A stretch of DNA of 64,000 bases from an uncultured Actinomycetota bacterium (GTDB lineage Bacteria > Actinomycetota > Actinomycetes > JAHEKZ01): positions 323,207 through 387,206 of the forward strand of contig CAVURN010000003.1 in the NCBI GenBank assembly GCA_963743915.1. The letters run 5' to 3'. Positions 14,518 to 24,190 of the stretch are shown piece by piece (the first letter of the stretch is position 1; each line of letters opens with the position of its first letter). The notes beneath the pieces were generated by a model. It was not told the DNA's origin and ran no database searches. It was given only the letters and a program-made list of their open reading frames with translations. A program made the position numbers and the translations under genes.

Positions 14518-16491
14518 CTAGATGTCGAGGAAGCGGACGTCGCGCGCATTGCGCTGGATGAACCGTCGTCGCTCCTCGACGTCCTCACCCATGAGGGTCG
14601 AGAACGTCTCGTCGGCCTGGATGGCGTCGTCGAGGGTCACCTGGAGAAGAATCCGTCGCTCCGGGTCCATCGTGGTCTCCCACAGCTCGTCGGCGTTCAT
14701 CTCGCCGAGACCCTTGTAGCGCTGGATCCCTTCGTCCTTGGGCAGCTTGCGTCCGGCCGCCACGCCGGCCTCGAGAAGCGCGTCGCGCTCGCGGTCGCTG
14801 TAGGCGTAGTCCGCGTCCTCACGCGACCACTTGACCTTGTACAGCGGCGGCTGCGCGAGGTAGACGTAGCCCTCTTCGATGAGCGGCCGCATGAAGCGGA
14901 AGAGCAGCGTCAGCAGCAGCGTGCGGATGTGCTGTCCGTCGACGTCGGCGTCTGCCATCAGCACGATCTTGTGGTAGCGCAGCTTGTCGAGGTCGAACTC
15001 TTCGTGCACGCCGGTGCCGAGCGCGGAGATGAGCGCCTGCACCTCGTTGTTCTGCAGGACCCGGTCGATGCGGGCCTTCTCGACGTTGAGGATCTTTCCG
15101 CGGATCGGCAGGATCGCCTGTGTCTGCGGGTTGCGTCCGTTGCGTGCGCTGCCACCGGCGGAGTCACCCTCGACGACGAAGACCTCGCACTCCTCGGGGT
15201 TGTTCGACGAGCAGTCGATCAGCTTGCCGGGCAGGCCGCCGCCGCCGAGCAGGCCCTTGCGGTTGCGCGCGAGGTCGCGAGCCTTGCGCGCGGCGATGCG
15301 GGCGGTGGCCGCGTTGATCGACTTGCGTGCGATCTCTTTGCCCTCGCCGGGGTTGGCGTCGAGCCACGCGGCCAGCTGCTCGTTGGTGACCTTCTGCACG
15401 AAGGTCTTGGCGTCGGTGTTGCCGAGCTTGGTCTTGGTCTGACCCTCGAACTGCGGTTCGCGGAGCTTGATGGAGACGATCGCCGTGAGCCCCTCGCGGA
15501 TGTCCTCGCCGGAGAGGTTCGGGTCCTTGTCCTTCAGCAGGTTCCAGCGCTCCCGCGCGTAGCGGTTGACCAACGAGGTGAGCGCGGTGCGGAAGCCTTC
15601 TTCGTGCGCACCACCCTCGTGCGTGTTGATGGTGTTGGCGAAGGTGTGGACGCCTTCGGTGTAGTCACCGTTCCACTGCATCGCGATCTCGAGACTCATG
15701 CCGAGGTCGGTGTCCTCGGCGCCGATCTCGATGACGTTGGGGTGCGCCGGGCCGGTCTTGCTGCGAGCGTTGATGTGCCGCACGAAGTCGGCGATGCCGC
15801 CCTCGTAGTGGTAGACGACGCTGCGCGGCACCTCGGCGTCGAGGTCCTCGTCGTCGTCGGCCGAGACCGGACGCTCGTCGAGCAGCTCGAGGCGCAGACC
15901 ACGGTTGAGGAAGGCCATCTCCTGGAACCGCTTGGAGAGCGTCTCGAACGAGTAGACGGTGGCTGTCGAACACCTCGTCGTCGGCCCAGAAGGTGATCCG
16001 TGGTGCCGGTGGTGTCGGTGGGCTCGCCCTTGGCCAGGTGGCGCGGTCGGGACGCCTCGGTCGTACGACTGACGCCACACGTGCCCGTCGCGGTGCACCT
16101 CGACGTCGAGCCTGGCAGGAGAGCGCGTTGACGACCGAGACACCGACGCCGTGGAGCCCACCGGAGACCGAGTAGCCGCCGCCGCCGAACTTGCCGCCGG
16201 CGTGCAGCACCGTGAGCACGACCTCGACGGCCGGCCGCTGCTCGACGGGGTGCAGGTCGACGGGGATGCCGCGGCCGTTGTCGATGACCGTGCACCGATC
16301 CGTCGGCGTTGCAGGGTGACCGCGATGCTGTCGGCGTACCCGGCCATGGCCTCGTCGACCGAGTTGTCGACGACCTCGTAGACGAGGTGGTGCAGCCCTC
16401 GCTCGCCGGTGGAGCCGATGTACATGCCGGGGCGCTTGCGGACCGCGTCGAGGCCCTCGAGGACCTGGATGTCGGTGGCGTCGTAGGACAA
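14518..16491 (-). pseudogene. gyrB: DNA gyrase subunit B, with six single-base insertions in two groups of three (probably assembly errors)
   Basis: The 657-aa ORF is GyrB at both ends ([19 protein letters not shown]... and ...[19 protein letters not shown]), but residues around 60-190 are nonsense. The true sequence ([14 protein letters not shown]...[33 protein letters not shown]; [13 protein letters not shown]; [11 protein letters not shown]) is found in the two other frames (ORFs 15665-16219 and 15696-16295). The start codon is TTG at 16491. Confidence 0.9.
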
Positions 16492-16715
16492 GACTCGGGC
16501 TCCGTTCGGGGCCGCGCGAAGGCTGGGCGGGCGGCCCGGAGTAAGGGATGGGGTGTCGCGTCGATTCTAGCCTGTGCGGGCCACAGAACTGCCCTCAGAG
16601 GGCCGGTGACGTCGGTCAGACGCGCCCAGCACGGCAGGGTCCGACCACTCCCACGCGCCAGAGGGGTTTCGGGCCTCTGAGCGGCGTCCTCGGAAATCCG
16701 CCCAGGGGTCGGCCG

Positions 16716-17279
16716 TCACCCGTAGGTGTCCCGCGGGCCACGCCCCTTGACCCGGAGCCGTCCCTTCTTCCACGAGGGCCCGGCCGGTCCCAGGACCTGC
16801 AGGTGGGTGACCGTCCCCGCGCCGAGGTCGTCGTTGAGGCGGGCCAGCAGCGTGGGGGCCAGCAGCCGCACCTGCGTGGCCCAGGCCGTCGAGTCGGTCC
16901 GGACGGTCAGGCGTCCGCCTTCGAACTCCTCCGGGACGCAGTGGGCCGCCACCTCAGGACCGACCAGCTGCGACCACCGGCCCTCGACGCCGCCGACCGC
17001 GAGCGCCTCGGCCCACCCCCGTTCGTCCACGAAGCGTTCGACGGTCTCTCCGACCGGCTGCGGATCCCGCTCGTCCGGATGCGCCCCGGAGAACGCGGAT
17101 GGCGACGAGGTCCGACGGCGTCGTGACGGGGCCTTGGCCCCGGACCGCCGGGCGCCGCCGGTGCGCGCCGACGACCGCGCCTGCGCCAGCAGCGCTCGGG
17201 TCAGGTCGGGCGAGTCGGCCTCCGGACGTCGGTCGTCGTCCGCGGCGCCACTGCGCACCGCTGCTGCCCTCATCGTCAC
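16716..17279 (-). CDS. dciA: DUF721 protein (DciA-type helicase-loader family; Rv0004-like)
   Basis: Its position between recF and gyrB, and the C-terminal domain WSQLVGPEVAAHCVPEEFEGGRLTVRTDSTAWATQVRLLAPTLLARLN ending in RGPRDTYG, are typical of actinobacterial DUF721 proteins. Confidence 0.75.
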   Translation of the reverse strand: MTMRAAAVRSGAADDDRRPEADSPDLTRALLAQARSSARTGGARRSGAKAPSRRRRTSSPSAFSGAHPDERDPQPVGETVERFVDERGWAEALAVGGVEGRWSQLVGPEVAAHCVPEEFEGGRLTVRTDSTAWATQVRLLAPTLLARLNDDLGAGTVTHLQVLGPAGPSWKKGRLRVKGRGPRDTYG

Positions 17280-18404
17280 TGCTCACGCCGCACCTGCCCC
17301 GCGTCCACGACGAACCGCGCTCCGGACAGCGTAGGCGGGATGTCCTCGGCGACGGCAGCCGTGACCAGCACCTGCTCGGCGTCCTGCACCATCGCGGCCA
17401 GCTGGGTGCGGCGGGTGGTGTCGAGCTCGGCGAACACGTCGTCGAGCACCAGGACGGGGTCGTCACCGTCCTGGCGGAGCAGCGCGAAGGAACCGAGCCG
17501 CAGGGCCAGCACCATCGACCAGCTCTCTCCGTGCGAGGCGTAGCCCTTGGCCGGGTGGTCCCCGAGGAGCAGCACGAGGTCGTCCCGCTGCGGCCCGACC
17601 AGGGTCATCCCGCGCTGCAGCTCGTCCCGCTCCACCCGCTGGAGGGCGGCCGTCAGCGCCAGGGCCAGCTGCTCCCGCCCGGACACCTCACCGAGCGGCG
17701 AGCGGTCGAGCCAGGACGCCCGGTAGTCGAGCCGCGCGTCGCCGCCGGTGGGAGCGAGGTGCGCATAGGCCGAGGCGACCGGCTCGCGGAGCTCGTCGAC
17801 GAGCGCGAGGCGGGACTCGAGCAGCTCGGACCCGAGCTGGACGAGGTGCTCGTCCCACACGGCGAGGGTCGAGGTGTCGAACGCACCACGCGTGCCCGCC
17901 GCACTCTTGAGCAGCGCGTTCCGCTGCTTCAGCACCCGGTCGTAGTCGGCCCGGACCCCCGCCAGGCGTGGGGTGCGCAGCACCATGAGCTCGTCGAGGA
18001 ACGCCGCGTCTCCCCTCGGGCTCACCGCGCACGAGCCCGAGGTCCTCGGGCGCGAACACCACGGCGCGGAGCACTCCCAGCAGCTCGCGGGCTCGTGGCA
18101 ACGGCGACTTGTTGATGCGCGCCCGGTTGCTCTTGCCCGGCACGATCTCCACCTCGAGGAGCAGCCGTCGCCCGTCCCGCACGACAGCAGCGCGCACCAC
18201 GGCGCGGTCTGCACCGTGCCGCACCAGGGGGGCGTCGCCGGACACGCGGTGGCTGCCCAGGGTGGCCAGGTAGCCGATCGACTCGACCACGTTGGTCTTG
18301 CCCTGGCCGTTGCGTCCGACGAGGACGGTCACCCCCGGCTCCAGATCCAGCTGGGCGTGCGCGTACGAGCGGAAGTCGACCAGCTCGAGGGCGGTGACGT
18401 GCAC
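17276..18404 (-). pseudogene. recF: DNA replication/repair protein RecF, frame broken by one extra base at about 18004-18015 (probably an assembly error)
   Basis: The N-terminal ORF (to about 18010) reads [46 protein letters not shown]...[19 protein letters not shown]. The C-terminal ORF (17276-18214) continues as [33 protein letters not shown]...GSFALLRQDGDDPVLVLDDVFAELD. Confidence 0.9.
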
Positions 18405-18416
18405 CGAGCAGCCAGC

Positions 18417-19565
18417 TCAGCCCGAGAGGCGGACCGGCATGATCAGGTACCGGTAGCTGCCGTCGCTCGCCGCGTCGGCGTCGGTGCGTCCGGAGACCAC
18501 TGCCGGCTTGGTCGGTGTGGTGAAGGAGATCTCGGTGTAGGCGGTGCCGAGTGCGGCGATGCCCTCCTGCAGGAACTGCGGGTTGAACGCGATGGTGATC
18601 GCCTCGCCGTCGTAGGCGCACGAGAGCGTCTCGACCGCCTGGGCCTCGTCTCCCGCTCCCGCCTCGACGGTGGCCTGACCGTCGTCGAACGTCAGGCGGA
18701 CGGGGGTGTTGCGGTCCGCGACCAGCGCCACACGCTTGACGGTCTCGAGGAACGACGCCGACTCCAGGACGGCCACGGAGGTCGACTCCGACGGCAGCAG
18801 CGAGCGGTACTTGGGGAACTCCCCGTCGAGCAGGCGGTTGGTGGTGCGCCGGCTCTCACCGTGGGCGGACCCTTCGAACCCGATCAGCCCCTCACCGCTG
18901 CCTCCGCCGGAGAGGGCGATCGTCACGGTGTCGGCGTCGGCGAGCGCGCGAGCGGTGTCGGCCAGTGACCGCCCTTGGACGAGCGCCACGGTGCTGAGGT
19001 CGGTGCGCCCCGGCTGCCACGCCAGCTCGCGGACCGCCAGGCGGTAGCGGTCGGTGGCCGCCAGGACGAGCCGGTCACCTTCGAACTCCACGCGGATGCC
19101 CGTCAGCACCGGCAGCGTGTCGTCCCGTCCGACGGCGACGGCCACCTGGGCGACGGCGGCCGCGAACGCGTCGCCGGCCAGGGTGCCCGCGGCGTCCGGC
19201 ATGGCCGGCAGCGAGGGGTAGTCCTCGCGCGGCAGCGTCTGCAGGCTGAAGGTCGACGAGCCACAGGTCAGTCGGGCCTTGCGGTCGCCCTCGTCGGTGG
19301 CCACCTCGACGGGACGGTCCGGCAGGCTGCGGGTGATGTCGGCCAGCAGCCGCCCCGACACCAGGATCGCGCCGGCGTCGGCCACCTCGGCGGGGACGTC
19401 GACCCGCGCGGACACCTCGTAGTCGAACGAGCTCAGGGTCAGTCCACCCTCGTCCGCCTCGATCAGCAGCCCGGCGAGCACAGGTAGGGGTGGTCGGGCA
19501 GGCAGGCTGCGGGCCGCCCAGGCCACGGCCTCGGCGAACACGTCACGCTCGGCGCGGAACTTCAC
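18417..19565 (-). CDS. dnaN: DNA polymerase III beta sliding clamp
   Basis: Intact 382-aa ORF: MKFRAERDVFAEAVAWAARSLP...LSSFDYEVSARV... ending in YRYLIMPVRLSG. GTG start. It occupies the canonical position between dnaA and recF. Confidence 0.95.
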   Translation of the reverse strand: MKFRAERDVFAEAVAWAARSLPARPPLPVLAGLLIEADEGGLTLSSFDYEVSARVDVPAEVADAGAILVSGRLLADITRSLPDRPVEVATDEGDRKARLTCGSSTFSLQTLPREDYPSLPAMPDAAGTLAGDAFAAAVAQVAVAVGRDDTLPVLTGIRVEFEGDRLVLAATDRYRLAVRELAWQPGRTDLSTVALVQGRSLADTARALADADTVTIALSGGGSGEGLIGFEGSAHGESRRTTNRLLDGEFPKYRSLLPSESTSVAVLESASFLETVKRVALVADRNTPVRLTFDDGQATVEAGAGDEAQAVETLSCAYDGEAITIAFNPQFLQEGIAALGTAYTEISFTTPTKPAVVSGRTDADAASDGSYRYLIMPVRLSG

Positions 19566-19961
19566 GCGGATCCTCCGGATCGGGCAAGGACTTCGGGGTC
19601 AGGTCAGGCAGGACAGGGCTGGATCGAGGAGTTCGTCACTCTACGTGGTCGTGGGGCGAGAGGCTTCGGGACACCTACTGCGGTGCTTGGGGGAGAGGAG
19701 ATGAATCTTCTCGTCGTCGTCGTCGGTGCCGTGGACAGTGGGGACAACCACGATCGTCGCAGGTGGACGCGGCGCGTCCGGTGCACAGGCAGGTGTGGCC
19801 GGCGGGCGGCGGGCTGGTGACGGCTCGTGGACGCGGCGGTGAACGGCCGGTGACATCCACCGTTCGTCCCCAGGGAAAAGGCGATGATGGGCAAGCCGTC
19901 CACAGACTTGTCCCCAATGTGTGTACCCAGCGTGATCGCAGGGTGTGAGCGAACTGTCACG
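19566..19961. other. Putative oriC (dnaA-dnaN intergenic region with DnaA-box-like 9-mers)
   Basis: Matches to TTGTCCACA/TGTGGACAA: TGGGGACAA at 19739-19747 (1 mismatch), TTGTCCCCA at 19908-19916 (1 mismatch), CCGTCCACA at 19896-19904 (2 mismatches), and CGTGGACAG at 19730-19738 (2 mismatches). Weaker GTGGAC cores lie near 19763 and 19827. Confidence 0.7.
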
Positions 19962-21389
19962 TCAACCCTGCCGGGCCTGGGACTTGATCCGGTTCGTCAG
20001 CTCGGTGACCTGGTTGTAGACGCTCCGGCGTTCGGCCATGAGCTGGCGGATCTTCCGGTCGGCGTGCATGACGGTGGTGTGGTCGCGCCCCCCGAACTGC
20101 TGCCCGATCTTCGGCAGGGAGAGGTCGGTGAGCTCACGGCAGAGGTACATGGCGATCTGCCGCGCGTTCACCAGGACCCGGGAGCGGCTGGACCCGCACA
20201 GGTCGTCCAGGGTGAGGCCGAAGTAGGCGGCCGTCTGGGCCATGATCAGGGCGCTGGTGACCTCCGGTCCGGCACTCTCGGGGATGAGGTCCTTCAGGAC
20301 GATCTCGGCGAGGGCGAGGTCGACCGGCTGGCGGTTGAGGCTCGCGAACGCCGTGACCCGGATCAGGGCACCTTCGAGCTCACGGATGTTCGTGGCGATC
20401 TTGCTCGCGATGAACTCCAGGACCTCCGGCGGCGCCTGGAGCTTCTCCTGGGCGGCCTTCTTGCGGAGGATCGCGATCCGGGTCTCGAGGTCGGGTGGCT
20501 GGACGTCGGTGGTCAGACCCCACGTGAAACGGGTCCGCATCCGGTCCTCGAAGCCGGACAGCTGCTGGGGTGAGACGTCGGACGTGATGACGATCTGCTT
20601 GTTCGCCGTGTGCAGCGTGTTGAACGTGTGGAAGAACTCCTCCTGCGTCTGCACGCGTCCCTGCAGGAACTGGATGTCGTCGATCAGCAGGACGTCCACG
20701 TCGCGGTACCGGCGCTGGAAGGCCTGGGCCTTGTCGTCGCGGATGGAGTTGATGAAGTCGTTGGTGAACTCCTCCGAGCTCACGTAGAGCACCCGGGTGC
20801 CGGCGTACAGGCTGCGGGCATAGTGGCCGATCGCGTGCAGCAGGTGGGTCTTGCCCAGCCCGGAGCCGCCGTAGATGAACAGCGGGTTGTAGGCCTTGGC
20901 GGGCGCCTCGGCCACCGCGATCGCCGCCGCGTGCGCGAACCGGTTGCTGGCGCCGATCACGAAGGTGTCGAAGGTGTACTTGGGATTGAGCCGGGAGTCG
21001 CTGTCGAACCGGGGGACGGGGAGACCGCCCCCGGGCCTGGCGGCCGCCTCGTCGGGGATCCGGGCCGCGTCGGCCGCGATCGTCTCGGCGTCCAGCTCGT
21101 CGTCGTCGGAGGGGGCGATCTCATCGGCGAGCTCCGGTTCGACCGTCACCGCGATCCTGACCTCGCGGCCGAGCTCACGGGAGAGCACCTCGGTCACGTG
21201 GGGCCGGAGCCGGCTCTCGATGAGGTCCTTGGTGAAGTCGTTCGGTGCGGCGAGCAGCGCGGTGTCCTCGACGACCCCGACCGGGCGGGTCAGCCGGAGG
21301 AAGGCACCGGCCTGGGGGCCGGCTTCGTCGGCGAGGGTGTCGAGCACCCGGGTCCAGACCGTGGCGAAATCCTGGGTCTGCGTCGTCAC
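19962..21389 (-). CDS. dnaA: Chromosomal replication initiator protein DnaA
   Basis: AAA+ motifs [15 protein letters not shown] and LLIDDIQF, and the C-terminal DNA-binding helix region ([34 protein letters not shown]). The GTG at 21389 ([17 protein letters not shown]) gives 475 aa. The 676-aa track ORF is an over-extension. Confidence 0.95.
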   Translation of the reverse strand: MTTQTQDFATVWTRVLDTLADEAGPQAGAFLRLTRPVGVVEDTALLAAPNDFTKDLIESRLRPHVTEVLSRELGREVRIAVTVEPELADEIAPSDDDELDAETIAADAARIPDEAAARPGGGLPVPRFDSDSRLNPKYTFDTFVIGASNRFAHAAAIAVAEAPAKAYNPLFIYGGSGLGKTHLLHAIGHYARSLYAGTRVLYVSSEEFTNDFINSIRDDKAQAFQRRYRDVDVLLIDDIQFLQGRVQTQEEFFHTFNTLHTANKQIVITSDVSPQQLSGFEDRMRTRFTWGLTTDVQPPDLETRIAILRKKAAQEKLQAPPEVLEFIASKIATNIRELEGALIRVTAFASLNRQPVDLALAEIVLKDLIPESAGPEVTSALIMAQTAAYFGLTLDDLCGSSRSRVLVNARQIAMYLCRELTDLSLPKIGQQFGGRDHTTVMHADRKIRQLMAERRSVYNQVTELTNRIKSQARQG

Positions 21390-21879
21390 CGGTGCCCTCC
21401 AGTCCGTCGGGTGCGTGCTGATCGACCTGCTGTCCACACCACGTCCTCGCAGGTCAGGGCCGTGATCCACACACTCATCCACAAGCTGTGGGTGGGGACG
21501 GGCCGACCCCCGGCGCGCACCGGTGGAGTCTCGTTCCCCGGGGCGCGGGCGGACGTTACCCGTCCTCCGCGTTCCGCGTCCAGTGGTTGTCCACACCCGA
21601 GGGTTCACCGTAGCGAGCGGCGAGCGGCGTGTCTCCCCCACCCCCGCGGGGAAGTCTGCGACGGTGAGAGGTTGCCCGTCCGGCGCGGACGTCGGGGTCG
21701 CCGTGCGGCGTCGCGACCGGTCGTCCCGGTTTGACCGTGCATGGCGGTCGCGTTGTACCGTAGGCGTTCGGGCACGGGGCCCAACGGCTCCCGCCCGATC
21801 GATGTGCGACCCTGATCCACCCAGAACCTGCCCGGTGGGGGCTGCCCCCGCCCTGCCGCTTCCCGTCTCGGAGTGCCTC
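21390..21879. promoter_or_regulatory. rpmH-dnaA intergenic region with a DnaA-box cluster (dnaA promoter/autoregulation, possibly part of the origin)
   Basis: A perfect TTGTCCACA lies at 21587-21595. CTGTCCACA lies at 21430-21438 (1 mismatch). TGATCCACA at 21463-21471 and TCATCCACA at 21475-21483 have 2 mismatches each. Confidence 0.65.
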
Positions 21880-22017
21880 GTGTCCAAGCGTACGTTCCAG
21901 CCCAACAATCGCCGACGGGCCAAGACCCACGGCTTCCGGCTGCGGATGCGCACCCGCGCGGGCCGCTCGATCCTGTCGGCGCGCCGCCGCAAGGGCCGCG
22001 CCCGCCTGTCTGCCTGA
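21880..22017 (+). CDS. rpmH: 50S ribosomal protein L34
   Basis: GTG start; translation [45 protein letters not shown] is the canonical L34 sequence. Confidence 0.95.
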   Translation: MSKRTFQPNNRRRAKTHGFRLRMRTRAGRSILSARRRKGRARLSA

Positions 22018-22028
22018 TCCGCCGTCGC

Positions 22029-22379
22029 GTGCTACCGCCGGCCCACCGCATGCGCCGGAGCGCCGACTTCGCGTCCGCCGTGCGCGGCGGCCGCCGCAGC
22101 GCCCGCCCGACGCTGGTGCTGCACGTGAGGTCGAGACCGTTGGACCCCGAACCGGTCCGGGTCGGACTCGTGGTCAGTCGGAAGGTGGGCAACGCTGTGG
22201 TCCGCAACCGGGTCTCGCGGCGGCTCCGGGCAGCCTGCTCCGCCCGCCTCACGCAGTGGGCGGACGGGGACCTGGTGGTCGTCCGCGCGTTGCCCGCCTC
22301 GGCCTCGGCCAGCTCCGCCGAGCTCGGTGAGGACCTCGACCTGGCCCTCGATCGGATGCGAGGGGTGACCTCGTCGTGA
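22029..22379 (+). CDS. rnpA: Ribonuclease P protein component
   Basis: [32 protein letters not shown]...[22 protein letters not shown] is the RnpA signature. It lies directly after rpmH. The GTG at 22029 is in frame with track ORF 21873-22379. Confidence 0.9.
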   Translation: MLPPAHRMRRSADFASAVRGGRRSARPTLVLHVRSRPLDPEPVRVGLVVSRKVGNAVVRNRVSRRLRAACSARLTQWADGDLVVVRALPASASASSAELGEDLDLALDRMRGVTSS

Positions 22380-22729
22380 CCTCCCCCGATCTGCCCGAAC
22401 AGCCTGCTGAGCAGCCCCTTGATCGCCCCGTCGAGCAGCGGCGGGGTCCGCTCGCCCGGGCCCTGCTCGCGTTGGTGCTGGCACCCCTCTGGGTCTACCG
22501 CAGGGTGATCTCGCCGATGACGCCCCAGACGTGTCGCTACTACCCGTCCTGCTCGGCCTACGCCGAGCAGGCCCTCAAGACCCACGGGGCACTGCGGGGC
22601 TCCTGGCTGGCGCTGCGCCGGCTGGGCCGCTGCCACCCCTGGACGCCGGGCGGCGTGGACCATGTGCCGCCGGCGCGCACGTCACGCGGGCAGACCCCCG
22701 CGTCCTCCACCCCCGTGACGGGAGCGTGA
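22376..22729 (+). CDS. yidD: Membrane protein insertion efficiency factor YidD
   Basis: Core motif VYRRVISPMTPQTCRYYPSCSAYAEQALKTHGALRGSWLALRRLGRCHPW. The start overlaps the rnpA stop. Confidence 0.9.
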   Translation: MTSPDLPEQPAEQPLDRPVEQRRGPLARALLALVLAPLWVYRRVISPMTPQTCRYYPSCSAYAEQALKTHGALRGSWLALRRLGRCHPWTPGGVDHVPPARTSRGQTPASSTPVTGA

Positions 22730-22732
22730 CCG

Positions 22733-23680
22733 GTGGGAATCCTGGACCCGTTGTACTACGCCGTCGCCTGGATCCTGGTCCAGTGGCACTCCTTCTGGAG
22801 CCTGATCTTCCCCTCCACCAGCGGTGCTGCGTGGAGCCTCTCGATCGTCGGGCTCGTCGTCGTCATCCGGATGATGCTGATCCCGCTCTTCGTCAAGCAG
22901 ATCAAGGCCCAACGCGCTCTGCAGATCCTGCAGCCGGAGATCAAGGCGATCCAGAAGCGGTACAAGGACGACCGGCAGAAGCAGTCCGAAGAGATGATGA
23001 AGCTCTACCGCGAGAACGGGACCAACCCGTTCTCGTCGTGTCTGCCGATCCTGCTGCAGATGCCGATCTTCTTCGCGCTCTTCCACGTCCTCAACTATGG
23101 CGTCGCGCAGGACAACCCGGTCGGCCCGATGAACCAGCAGCTCATCGACGAGGCTTCCCAGGCCACCATCTTCGGCGCCCCGATCTCAGCGTCGTTCCTG
23201 GGGTCGGACGATCCGAATGTCAAGATTGTCTCGCTTGTCCTGATTCTGCTGATGACCCTGACCACCTTCATCACGCAGAAGCAGCTGCTCGTCAAGGGCA
23301 TCGCCAACGCCGACTCCAACCCGTTCCTGCAGCAGCAGAAGCTGCTGGTCTACGTCTTCCCCCTGATGTTCGCCGTCTTCGGGATCAACTTCCCGATCGG
23401 TGTGCTCATCTACTGGCTGACCACCAACCTGTGGTCGATGGGTCAGCAGTGGTACGTCATCAGGAACAACCCGGCACCCGGCAGCCCCGCCTACGCCGAG
23501 TGGGAGGCCCGTCAGGCCCGGAAGGCCGCCAAGCACGCCGGGCACGGTGAGAGCCTGCCGGCGGTCGAGCCGGAGCCCGAGACCCCCAAGCCCCAGCGGA
23601 GCCAGCCGAAACGGCAGAGCCGCAGCAAGCGGAAGCGGGCGGCCGGACCCGACCCCGCCGCGAACCAGGAGGATGCATGA
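22733..23680 (+). CDS. yidC: Membrane protein insertase YidC
   Basis: 315-aa polytopic protein with the 60-kDa-IMP core (MMLIPLFVKQIKAQRALQILQPEIKAIQKRYKDDRQKQSEEMMKLYRENGTNPFSSCLPILLQMPIFFALF). Confidence 0.95.
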   Translation: MGILDPLYYAVAWILVQWHSFWSLIFPSTSGAAWSLSIVGLVVVIRMMLIPLFVKQIKAQRALQILQPEIKAIQKRYKDDRQKQSEEMMKLYRENGTNPFSSCLPILLQMPIFFALFHVLNYGVAQDNPVGPMNQQLIDEASQATIFGAPISASFLGSDDPNVKIVSLVLILLMTLTTFITQKQLLVKGIANADSNPFLQQQKLLVYVFPLMFAVFGINFPIGVLIYWLTTNLWSMGQQWYVIRNNPAPGSPAYAEWEARQARKAAKHAGHGESLPAVEPEPETPKPQRSQPKRQSRSKRKRAAGPDPAANQEDA

Positions 23681-24174
23681 CCGAGACGACCGACGCTCCC
23701 GAGAAAGCCACGACCCTGGCAGCCCGCCTCGAGCGGGAGGGGGACATCGCCGCCGACTACATCGAGGAGTTCCTGGACATCGCCGACCTCGACGGTGACA
23801 TCGACATGGACGTCGAGGGGGAGCGGGCGATGGTCAGCCTGGTCGGCGGCAACCTCGACCATCTCGTCGGGGCCGACGGCGCGGTGCTCGACGCGCTGCA
23901 GGAGCTGACCCGACTCGCGGTGCTGCGCGAGACAGGTGAGCGGAGCCGGCTGATGCTGGACATCGCCGGCTGGCGGGCGGCGAAGCGCACGGCGCTGACC
24001 GAGTCCGGGACGACGGCGGCCCAGCAGGTCAAGGAGACCGGTGAGTCGGTGGCCCTCGAGCCCATGACGCCGTTCGAGCGGAAGATCGTGCACGACGCGG
24101 TGGCGGCGGCCGGTTTGCGGAGCGAGTCCGAGGGACAAGAGCCGAACCGGTACGTCGTCGTGCTGCCCGCCTGA
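23677..24174 (+). CDS. jag: Jag/KhpB-type RNA-binding protein (KH + R3H domains)
   Basis: Its position after yidC (ATGA overlap) and the C-terminal R3H region LEPMTPFERKIVHDAVAAAGLRSESEGQEPNRYVVVLP. Confidence 0.85.
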   Translation: MTETTDAPEKATTLAARLEREGDIAADYIEEFLDIADLDGDIDMDVEGERAMVSLVGGNLDHLVGADGAVLDALQELTRLAVLRETGERSRLMLDIAGWRAAKRTALTESGTTAAQQVKETGESVALEPMTPFERKIVHDAVAAAGLRSESEGQEPNRYVVVLPA

Positions 24175-24190
24175 CGTTTCACGTGAAACC
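24175..24190. other. parS centromere-like site 1
   Basis: cGTTTCACGTGAAACc contains a perfect 14-bp palindrome matching the core of the Firmicutes/Actinobacteria parS consensus (tGTTTCACGTGAAACa). It overlaps the rsmG GTG start codon (24183-24185). Confidence 0.85.

Noticed and set aside
15955-16315. Programmed ribosomal frameshifting, or a genuine split gyrB, as the explanation for the frame changes.
   Set aside because: There are six independent +1 sites without slippery heptamers or downstream structures, in an essential gene, alongside similar single-base breaks in gyrA, recF and three other genes. Insertion error in the consensus is far more parsimonious.
19709-19726. A (GTC)n microsatellite (tcgtcgtcgtcgtcg) inside the oriC candidate.
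   Set aside because: It has only about five units, and such trinucleotide runs are frequent in GC-rich DNA. There is no evidence of function.
19962-21992. N-terminally extended track ORFs: dnaA 676 aa, glycerate kinase 675 aa, murJ 860 aa, MFS 634 aa, DUF6049 754 aa, sigma factor 347 aa and parB 437 aa.
   Set aside because: The conserved protein begins well inside each ORF, at a start codon that either overlaps the upstream stop or has an SD. The upstream parts run through neighbouring genes or intergenic DNA and are compositionally non-protein-like.
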